Of a stretch of DNA of 18,146 bases, positions 10,601 to 16,676 are shown piece by piece. The notes under the pieces are model-generated. The model was not told where the DNA came from. It made no database searches and worked only from the letters and a program-made list of their open reading frames with translations. This stretch comes from Thecamonas trahens ATCC 50062 (taxonomy: Eukaryota > Protista > Apusomonadida), in contig NW_013657610.1 in the NCBI RefSeq assembly GCF_000142905.1, positions 95,870-114,015 on the forward strand. Reading direction: 5' to 3'. The translations under genes were made by a program, and so were the position numbers. Position 1 is the stretch's first letter. Each line of letters opens with the position of its first letter.

Positions 10601-10860
10601 TCGTGGCCGCGATCCACGCGAGAATGAGCGACGTCCTCGCGCCGAATCCTCAGCTCGTCGCCGAGCTCGCGGCGTACTACCGTGGCGAGGCGAGAGTGCT
10701 GTCGGCGGCGGCGGCGGCGGTGGCAGGCTACTACGACATGCCCGGACAGGTTGTCCTGGGCGTGCTGCGGAAGCGGCTGGGATCCGAAGGCGCAGTGCGG
10801 GCGGCGGTGGCGGCCGTGGGAAGCGGGATCCCGTGGGTGTGGGTGGAGGCCATGGTGTAA
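4603..10860 (+). CDS. ANAPC1: Anaphase-promoting complex/cyclosome subunit 1
   Basis: About 2085 aa, uninterrupted. N-terminal motifs ELALVVSGN...SYTVPAAISHALWVSF and LFSLLHPLDDVRP. PC-repeat region motifs WAQFHNGVAAGLRI, HAGLLMAMGLHGHL, KMLSIHVP, REAYSLAAGLGLGLVTLG, NIDVTAPGATLALGLMFLKTN, YGSHMAMGSALGLLFLGGG and DNKYHLQAFRHLYVLA, all characteristic of APC1. First in-frame ATG is 4603 (4606 possible). Confidence 0.96.
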   Translation: MMSTITCQVLYEESAVGGKRQYLSHGHGWTSTSSTSRTSSSSAMASTGSMATAMATATATPAAPAHAAAGMGMGTGGHPAGGYGHGHAGELALVVSGNCASVMAGALVAASYTVPAAISHALWVSFPRPLPGRSVGGDAGGNGSMAAAAWSPPRSGHSFHGPSQSHVHHGDDEGDGDGSGGHGPGSSGDGGLVTALVLLTAAAAHVYYPTGHVYEVVLPFAVADVAALPVGLLLRRAAAAAEEAAAGAAALPFLFSLLHPLDDVRPLAALSLHGDVVSDASVSVLLAASSPPLLLTHSAGRSAGAGSALDLFLLRRAPPDTPPDEIERSLSGLGRLGMDMEEAQSEDGSAGSRASQGNVSGVSGESVDALYADVYLEHVWSSPWAGLAAPARAFLTHDANGTLELALLDREAQVLTGIAFEPTALAVAWQVPAVDAAPVRLGGLDALAVVAPGGGLVLYVGGTRLVDVALPAPLIGSGCAAGGPNESALSLSPVSMASASFDASGLGMAGDDECEADAEAGKLVALAAAAGSRLTVVTARGRAYRINIELPPASPLAAAVLEVLSTTVSPAFALALRRELVAALARATGPAPNQWRLLAELLVELLAPVTPSSPTTPVRPRADDSDDPLAWLLTESATHAAMGGGCRLGGLGEAEDGSLSIRGAATGKMARRVPSAELAPALKGLHLLYEDCKLDVLRYGELQPLGKLLAALAAAAGEHGVGYAEAYARDGLGRWPDGGMGAAGGAGEDLGLPPSILAYLQTMVRTPDAELEAFPLVGGTDGVCETSRKVLHLYAILTRSQGGRYEVSAAELAERAAEALESHLSAISLSFQASFSGGLAPRSPVLPLFSPATPRARSPAGEPPLAHSVVLALAAEGFTRDSLSSLPPAVALPLLEALREAREDPPAGWPAAAYALIDRNDLARQSAGVPPEPASAAAAPSATSFDTEATFASPAGPGAPPGAPLPPPTLITLAPPGLTGALPRSASAAAGAAASSGAAAGAPSGGGSRSGDDGGAGGSGGGSGDGDGGAGGAGSEARVPLGTELESRVAAMRFCGDARVAEVQRLLTSSAPAALLLPSEAATLSDHELVAAQQKALLALAERTMALPVGRGMFTFATAAPIVTETLPIPPLVLSGKVPATGVTLALDTASVSNEFTHWAQFHNGVAAGLRISPRAARLSSTWIVYNRPAELSHSHAGLLMAMGLHGHLARLDVTNVFSYLSQSHEVISVAVLLGLAAAKRGSMDTSVAKMLSIHVPSLLPPSATMLDVSSLVQTAALLGVGLLFLGSAHRRMTEVLLAEIGRRPAASEHINDREAYSLAAGLGLGLVTLGRGADAAGLADLAIENRLHTFIVGGRADEAPGSGSGLSGGPDGSGRSGSGSGRSGAGGASGRSSVGGLGGKAMANSRIREGARVNIDVTAPGATLALGLMFLKTNSASVAARLEVPRTQFLLDYVRPDLLLLRVLARNLIMWDEVAASEAWLDAHLPPFIAAHAPLRPRGGSGGGVAGGAIDYAAMLLASDTDEDEDEDGDGAPRDGSEGGEGGDGEGGGEDGGRRQLPSVADVVAGLLGGGGGSGVDGEGQAGAAGAVGGETDVEALQAAYVNVVAGACMSVGLKYAGSAAAEAYELLLGKVGFFLDLVAASGASGGGSGSSSGSAVDKATAEACLCTAVVALAMVMAGSGNVGVLRLVRKLHARTGVGYGSHMAMGSALGLLFLGGGAYSLSTSKAAIGALVAAFFPVWPASPSDNKYHLQAFRHLYVLALERRVLEAVDVDSGAAVYVPVQLTLRGSDGHGPGSVAAVTPALLPPRAVLAGVAVDSPRYWGTYIATPAASRALAPAARLIVEHGVLYVKRKAGYLAYATDPTNARSMLSRAFPQRPAAARVAPETDLTPPAERALSLFTDSAAMTAFAGHMAVPRAGEPWTDSHAFAARVLYDVLTAEKVEVLPVYLALYEAVGGVGAELAAGKRLGPARATSLAGLGLLRAWYAAGPLRQLLEPRFVAAIHARMSDVLAPNPQLVAELAAYYRGEARVLSAAAAAVAGYYDMPGQVVLGVLRKRLGSEGAVRAAVAAVGSGIPWVWVEAMV

Positions 10861-10871
10861 AGGAAGCACGG

Positions 10872-13800
10872 TTAGGGGTTGCTGGAGGATGAGGCGATGC
10901 GGTTGAGACGGCGCAAGAGGTCCCCGGGCTTCGGCACGCGCCGCGGGACCCTCCTGCGTTTCGGCTTGTCAAAGATCGCGTTGATGTCCGAGACGGCGCG
11001 TTCGCTCCGCCGTGAGCCAGCAGCCAAGTCATGAAAGACGTCTTCCGCAAAGCGAAGCAGCTGGTTCTGGTCATGCGAATTGGCCGGCAGAAGCTGGTTC
11101 AAGAGCGCCTCTACCTGACCCTCAGGCATAAAGAGCGACTCGTCATCGATAAATCCGGCGATGATGAGAGCCTCCAGCGCCCGCTGTTCCACGGCTTCGG
11201 CGACTGTGTCATCGGTGAGATCCTTGTCGAGATACAACCCGAAGAGCGGACTGGCAGCAAAGGCGAGCTGGCCACGTACAGCCCGAACGATGCATCGCCG
11301 GGCCACCTCGACCTCACAGGCAAGAGCGAGTGCGAAGAGGACCGTGACAGGCTGCATCGTAAGGTTGTGGATCCGCGGCTTGTCTGGCGACCACGTCGTG
11401 TCCTTGGTCAGCTTGTTGAGTTGCAGATCGACCAAGACATCGCCCAGCTTGGCAATGGCGACGAGGGCGGCAATGTCGGTACGATGCTTGGCCGCCAGTG
11501 ACTGCAGGTCCTTGTCGCTAGGTAGGTCAAACTCGCCCGACCAAGTCGGCTCCTTGCCCAGGAGCTGCGTCAAGGTATCGACAGCTTCGTCCTTCTGCAG
11601 CGCAACTTCCACAACACTTTCGTCGCCAAGCCGAAACAGCGGCTTGCAGGTGAGCACCAGGCGATGGCGAAGATTCTTAGCGAAGAGACGGTTGAAAAAG
11701 TCATGGACCAAGTTGTCGCGCACGTTCTCCACAATCACGAGCCACGGGCGAGGGCTTGTGGCGCACAAGGCTTTCAAGTCGCCGTTTTTGCGACCATTGC
11801 GGGAGAAGATGATCTTATCAATGAGGGCCTCTCTCAGCGCACAAGGCACCTGCGAATCCGACTGTGCATGGCGGAGGTCACCTATATCCATGTCGAGCCA
11901 GATGGTAAGATAGTCCTTGGCCAGCTCACTGTTGGCAAGCCAAAGAGCCAACGCTGTCTTGCCGCTCTTGCTCTTGCCGCGGAGCACGAAGACGCGCTTC
12001 TCTTTCAAAGCAGAGGCTACCTTCGAGCGCAGCCGATCCGGAATGGCAACGTGAGAGTCTGGCAGGTCTGGGACGGAGCCGGTGCGAGAGAAGCTGATGC
12101 CGACATACTCGAGGACGCCGGCGACGTACTCGCAGATCCACTCTGTCGGCCTTCTGGTGCGGCCGCTGATCGAGCACAGACCCCATCTCGACAGCCGCAA
12201 CGCGATATTCATGCAGCGGTCACGAATATGACCCCGGTATTCCAGCTGGGCTGGGCTGGCCAACTCGAGGTCTACAGCACCGCCGTTCCACTTCCTCTTC
12301 CGACTTGCGTGCTCGGCACCAGTCATCGACTCGTCGAGGAACTTGATCAGCGCTGGCTCGGTCGCCTGGTCTCGAGGCGCATGGAGCAGGCGACAGAACT
12401 CCTCAAACGGCAAGTTCTCATGGTGGAAAACAGGTACTGGAACAACCGCCGGGTTCGCAAGTGCTTCGTCCATCTCAGCAAGCGCAGCTGGCGATGCCAG
12501 CGAGTACGGCGTGACCGAGACCACCGCCACCCGCGACGAACGCACGACTGCGCGTAGGTCTTCGTAATCATCCTTCCTTGTACACTGCTGGGCACCAAGC
12601 GAGAACTCGTCCAAGAAGGTGGACACGTTGTGTTCTTCCAAGTAGTCTTTGATCTCGCCCATGTAGCCCTTGCTCAGGCCGCCGTGGATCAGCATCACGT
12701 CGCGCTCGTATGACGCTGCCACGCTCTTCGGCAGCCACGAGTTTGCCTGGCCGAGCTCCCAGGCAATGGCACGTGCAATGGCAAGCTCGATCTCGTCACG
12801 GGAAGGGTGATCAGTACTGGATCCGGCTCTGGAAACGTTGAGCGAGTGGGGCTGGTACGACCAAAGCTTCCAAGCGCTGGCGACGAGCTCAATTTCCTTG
12901 ACATCGCTCGCTGAGAGGTCGACGTGGTTCTGGATCTGCAAGCTCCAGTCGCGACCAGCACGCTCGACAGAGGAGGCAGGTTGCCACTGGGGGCCAACCT
13001 CAACGACGAGCAGCAGATTGGAGTTGATGGCAACGACCACGCGAGAGTCAAAGGCAAGCCTATCACGGGCTTGTTGAGGATCTGAACTCGATCCGCCTGT
13101 AGCAGCGATGGCGTCTGTCCAGGCCTTGACCGCACGCTGCCGGAGGCGCCAAGCACGATCTTCGGCGAGGGCAGAGGTGTCCTCAACCTCTGAGATCCAC
13201 AGCAGCTGTTGCTTGGCGGTCTGGAACTCCATGGGCGGGCCATCAAAGCCGAGCGAAGCAAGGAGGATGTCGAGCTTGGGGCGATCCTCGGTTGTGGACA
13301 CCGGCGTGTCGACGAGGTCGTGAGTCACGACTGCATTGCCATCATCCTCCACCTTGTCATGGCCCGCAGTCGAGTCGGAAGGAACATCATGCTCTTTGAG
13401 CGGCTCGAGTGAGCTCGACGAGACTATCGCGCTGGAGTCGTCTGGCACAGGTTCATCGCCAGCCTTGCCTTTGTCCACGGCGCCAAATGCGGTGATGGCA
13501 AAGATTCGATGGAGGTTGTGCAGAACGTAGCGGTCGTGAGAGACGTGGAGGAGGCCTGCGCGGACGACGCGATCTAGCTCAAAGTGAGGAAGTGCCGGTG
13601 ACGACCGCAGACCACCATCGGCTTTGTAGATGTCGTGGAGAGCATCCTGAGCGGTAACGGGGAGTGCGTCGTACGCCAGCTGCATGACAGCGGAGCAAAG
13701 AGCGGCAGTGCTGTCGTCATCGGACGAGGTGTCGGAGGCGGTGGCACAGACGACACTGTGAGCTTCGACAACTCGCTCCGGAAAGTCAGAGATGAATCGG

Positions 13801-16676
13801 TCGAGGATACTTAGCACCATGGGGTTACCGGCGACCTCGTTCACGAGGCTGGACAACAGATCTTGTTCGTCAAGAGCGGACGCCGACCGAGCTAGGAGAG
13901 CGCCCCCGTGCTCTGGTGAGAGGCCGCGGATGCCAATGACGTCGCCAAGCTCCAGCTCATCAGGAGCAAGCACGCGTGTCGTGACGGCAACGCAGTGCCC
14001 GGGCGAGCTGGTCCAGGCAGAAGTAACGGTCTTGACGAGCTCAAGCGTGACGGCGTCGTCCAGGACCAAGGCGACGTGTCGGCCACGAAGGTTGTATGAG
14101 GCTGAGATATCCCTGAGCGCGCTGGCTAGCGCGTCGGCCCCGAGGTTGCCCACAGGCAAAACAGACTCGCCAAAGCCATTGACGAGCAAGTGCCAGAGGC
14201 CGACGTCGAGCGCGTCGTACTGGCTTGCATCAAACCAAACAATTTGGAACTTGGAGGCGAGAGCCGGTTCCGCAAGCGCGGCCGCCAGCATGAGCGACTT
14301 GCCGCAGCCGCTTGGACCTGTGATGGCAAGCAACCGGGCATCGGAGCTGAGCTGGTGGACAACGTGCTGTTGCTCATCGCGGACGATAAAGTTGTCTGGG
14401 AGTGGCGGCGGTGGGAGCACCGGTGGCGGCGGAAGGTCGAGGGCGTGGACGACATGGAGACCGAGGTCACGGACCGCCGCCTTGGGGTCGATGTACCAGT
14501 TGTAAGTCGAGGCGTCGGGTGATGCAGCAAGGTCGCGAAGGAGTCGGACGGCGCCGGCATGGTAAGAACCATCGCTCAAAGCCCAGGAAGTCTGGGCGTC
14601 GGAATCGAGGGAAAGCGAGCGATAAATGATGTCCACAGCAGTGTCACGGTCGGAGAAGAACTTGGCAACGAATCGTGGGAGGATCTCGCGGTCGATAAAG
14701 AGCGGGATGTGCCGAGAAGAGGATGAGGCAAGCGCAAGTCTGGAGGCGGCAAGCGCGCGGCCAGATACGAGGAGAGAACGCGAGACGAGGACGGCGTATA
14801 CAGACGCAGACGGAAGGTCCCTTGGGTCCGCGGCACGAGAGTAGGCAATAATGAGCGAGGGGAAGCGGGCGAGGATTGAGTGGCGCAGCCGCCAGGCAGT
14901 GTCCTCGTTGTTTGGGGCGCAGATGATGGCGATGTCAATGGTGGCCGAGCGAGACTGGCTGGGTGATGCGGGACGCCAGACGCGCAGAGAAGAGTCGGAG
15001 GACCATGAGGCCAGTGTGATGACGTCGGGGCGAGACGCATATGAAGGCGCAATCACACCACTGATGTGGCCCGTGTGGCCTTGTAGCACTTGGTGAAAGG
15101 CTGTGGAAGATGTATAGCCCAGAGAGGACGTCCCGTCGTCCGCAGGAAACCACTCCCAGATCGTCCTGTCCGTCGACCACGAAACCAGGACAGGCAGCTG
15201 GCCATCTGCACTCGGCAGCGCAACCACACCCTCCACATTGCCGGTGTGGCCCTCCAGCACCTCACAGGAGGTCCTGTCCGCGGTGTACCGCATGGCGCCC
15301 GTCCCGTCGTCCGCAGCATGCCACACCCGGATCGTCCTGTCCTCCGACCACGAGACCAGGACGGGCAGCTGGCCATTCGCACTCGGCAGCGCAATCACAC
15401 CCTGCACATCACTGGTGTGGCCCTCCAGCACCTCACAGGAGGCCCTGTCCGCGGTGTACCGCATGGCGCCCGTCCCGTCGTCCGCAGCATGCCACACCCG
15501 GATCGTCTTGTGGTTCGACCACGAGACCAGGACAGGCAGCTGGCCATCCGCACTCGGCAGCGCAAGCACACCCCACACATCGTCGGTGTGGCCCTCCAGC
15601 ATCTCACAGAATGCACTGTCCGCGGTGTACCGCATGGCGCCCATCCCGTCGTCCGCAAGATGCCACACCCGGATCGTGTTGTCCTTCGACCACGAGACCA
15701 GGACAGGCAGCTGGCCATCCGCACTCGGCAGCGCAATCACACCCCGCACATTGCTGGTGTGGCCCTCCAGCACCTCACAGGAGGCCCTGTCCGCGGTGTA
15801 CCGCATGGCGCCCGTCCCGTCGTCCGCAGCATGCCACACCCGGATCGTCTTGTCCCCCGACCACGAGACCAGGACAGGCAGCTGGCCATCCGCACTCGGC
15901 AGCGCAAGCACACCCCACACATCGTCGGTGTGGCCCTCCAGCATCTCACAGAATGCACTGTCCGCGGTGTACCGCATGGCGCCCATCCCGTCGTCCGCAA
16001 GATGCCACACCCGGATCGTGTTGTCCTTCGACCACGAGACCAGGACAGGCAGCTGGCCATCCGCACTCGGCAGCGCAATCACACCCCGCACATTGCTGGT
16101 GTGGCCCTCCAGCACCTCACAGGAGGCACTGTCCGCGGTGTACCGCATGGCGCCCGTCCCGTCGTCCGCAGCATGCCACACCCGGATCGTGTTGTCTCTC
16201 GACCACGAGACCAGGACAGGCAGCTGGCCATCCGCACTCGGCAGCGCAATCACACCCCGCACATCGCTGGTGTGGCCCTCCAGCACCTCCATGCGTTCAC
16301 CAGTTTGCACGTCAAGTACGTCCACATTCTTTCCACATCCACCAGCAACCAGCGAGCCACCGATGTTGATGACTTTTTCGTACGAGCCAACAAAGCGAAA
16401 GCGCTCAGCACCACGATGCGCGACAGGGTCCACGGCTCTCGATGGAATGAGAGCCCCAGACGGGACATCTTCGCGCACAGCAGCAACCAGGTCCTTCACG
16501 GCTTTGGACGCGTTGTCATAGGCAAGTCGGGCGACAAGCTCGGTCTCGATGTGCGACGTACCGCTCTCAATGATTTGACGTGAGAGCGACAGCGCACGCT
16601 CGACCTCGTCAACGTCTTTGGCTCCTTCAACGGCCGAGGCGCACAACACAACGCAGATCATTGAGGAGGCCACCAA
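10872..16676 (-). CDS. C-terminal segment of an NLR-like STAND protein: WD40 repeats + TIR-like + NB-ARC + TIR-like + TIR + degenerate NB-ARC
   Basis: 1934-codon ORF. GH...W WD40 repeats at 16280-14976. Second NTPase: Walker A GPSGCGKS 14318-14295 with ALVLDDA, VAVTTR, GNPMVL and LHNL. TIR: DVMLIH...VSTFLDEFSL...SSRVAVVSVTPYSLASPAALAEM...VPVPVFH at 12701-12420. Third Walker A GKSKSGKT at 11978-11955. It has no convincing start of its own and continues the upstream ORF across a frame change. Confidence 0.85.
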   Translation of the reverse strand: MVASSMICVVLCASAVEGAKDVDEVERALSLSRQIIESGTSHIETELVARLAYDNASKAVKDLVAAVREDVPSGALIPSRAVDPVAHRGAERFRFVGSYEKVINIGGSLVAGGCGKNVDVLDVQTGERMEVLEGHTSDVRGVIALPSADGQLPVLVSWSRDNTIRVWHAADDGTGAMRYTADSASCEVLEGHTSNVRGVIALPSADGQLPVLVSWSKDNTIRVWHLADDGMGAMRYTADSAFCEMLEGHTDDVWGVLALPSADGQLPVLVSWSGDKTIRVWHAADDGTGAMRYTADRASCEVLEGHTSNVRGVIALPSADGQLPVLVSWSKDNTIRVWHLADDGMGAMRYTADSAFCEMLEGHTDDVWGVLALPSADGQLPVLVSWSNHKTIRVWHAADDGTGAMRYTADRASCEVLEGHTSDVQGVIALPSANGQLPVLVSWSEDRTIRVWHAADDGTGAMRYTADRTSCEVLEGHTGNVEGVVALPSADGQLPVLVSWSTDRTIWEWFPADDGTSSLGYTSSTAFHQVLQGHTGHISGVIAPSYASRPDVITLASWSSDSSLRVWRPASPSQSRSATIDIAIICAPNNEDTAWRLRHSILARFPSLIIAYSRAADPRDLPSASVYAVLVSRSLLVSGRALAASRLALASSSSRHIPLFIDREILPRFVAKFFSDRDTAVDIIYRSLSLDSDAQTSWALSDGSYHAGAVRLLRDLAASPDASTYNWYIDPKAAVRDLGLHVVHALDLPPPPVLPPPPLPDNFIVRDEQQHVVHQLSSDARLLAITGPSGCGKSLMLAAALAEPALASKFQIVWFDASQYDALDVGLWHLLVNGFGESVLPVGNLGADALASALRDISASYNLRGRHVALVLDDAVTLELVKTVTSAWTSSPGHCVAVTTRVLAPDELELGDVIGIRGLSPEHGGALLARSASALDEQDLLSSLVNEVAGNPMVLSILDRFISDFPERVVEAHSVVCATASDTSSDDDSTAALCSAVMQLAYDALPVTAQDALHDIYKADGGLRSSPALPHFELDRVVRAGLLHVSHDRYVLHNLHRIFAITAFGAVDKGKAGDEPVPDDSSAIVSSSSLEPLKEHDVPSDSTAGHDKVEDDGNAVVTHDLVDTPVSTTEDRPKLDILLASLGFDGPPMEFQTAKQQLLWISEVEDTSALAEDRAWRLRQRAVKAWTDAIAATGGSSSDPQQARDRLAFDSRVVVAINSNLLLVVEVGPQWQPASSVERAGRDWSLQIQNHVDLSASDVKEIELVASAWKLWSYQPHSLNVSRAGSSTDHPSRDEIELAIARAIAWELGQANSWLPKSVAASYERDVMLIHGGLSKGYMGEIKDYLEEHNVSTFLDEFSLGAQQCTRKDDYEDLRAVVRSSRVAVVSVTPYSLASPAALAEMDEALANPAVVPVPVFHHENLPFEEFCRLLHAPRDQATEPALIKFLDESMTGAEHASRKRKWNGGAVDLELASPAQLEYRGHIRDRCMNIALRLSRWGLCSISGRTRRPTEWICEYVAGVLEYVGISFSRTGSVPDLPDSHVAIPDRLRSKVASALKEKRVFVLRGKSKSGKTALALWLANSELAKDYLTIWLDMDIGDLRHAQSDSQVPCALREALIDKIIFSRNGRKNGDLKALCATSPRPWLVIVENVRDNLVHDFFNRLFAKNLRHRLVLTCKPLFRLGDESVVEVALQKDEAVDTLTQLLGKEPTWSGEFDLPSDKDLQSLAAKHRTDIAALVAIAKLGDVLVDLQLNKLTKDTTWSPDKPRIHNLTMQPVTVLFALALACEVEVARRCIVRAVRGQLAFAASPLFGLYLDKDLTDDTVAEAVEQRALEALIIAGFIDDESLFMPEGQVEALLNQLLPANSHDQNQLLRFAEDVFHDLAAGSRRSERAVSDINAIFDKPKRRRVPRRVPKPGDLLRRLNRIASSSSNP
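14976..16280 (-). repeat. Intragenic tandem array of 171-bp (57-aa) WD40 units
   Basis: Units start at 16280, 16109, 15938, 15767, 15596, 15425 and 15254 (near-identical; the 7th diverges in its second half), plus a divergent 8th at 15083. Confidence 0.97.

Noticed and set aside
4682-10906. Many alternative-frame and antisense ORFs over APC1 (e.g. 7825-9714, 7341-8537)
   Set aside because: These are shadow ORFs expected from very high GC3; they are low-complexity or antisense mirrors with no motifs.
15084-16280. Diversity-generating retroelement acting on the WD40 units
   Set aside because: No reverse transcriptase or separate template repeat is in view, and the variation is not adenine-specific (for example CGG/TGG/CAG/GAG).
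15090-16583. Long + strand repetitive ORFs opposite the WD40 array
   Set aside because: They are antisense shadows propagated by the 171-bp repeat.
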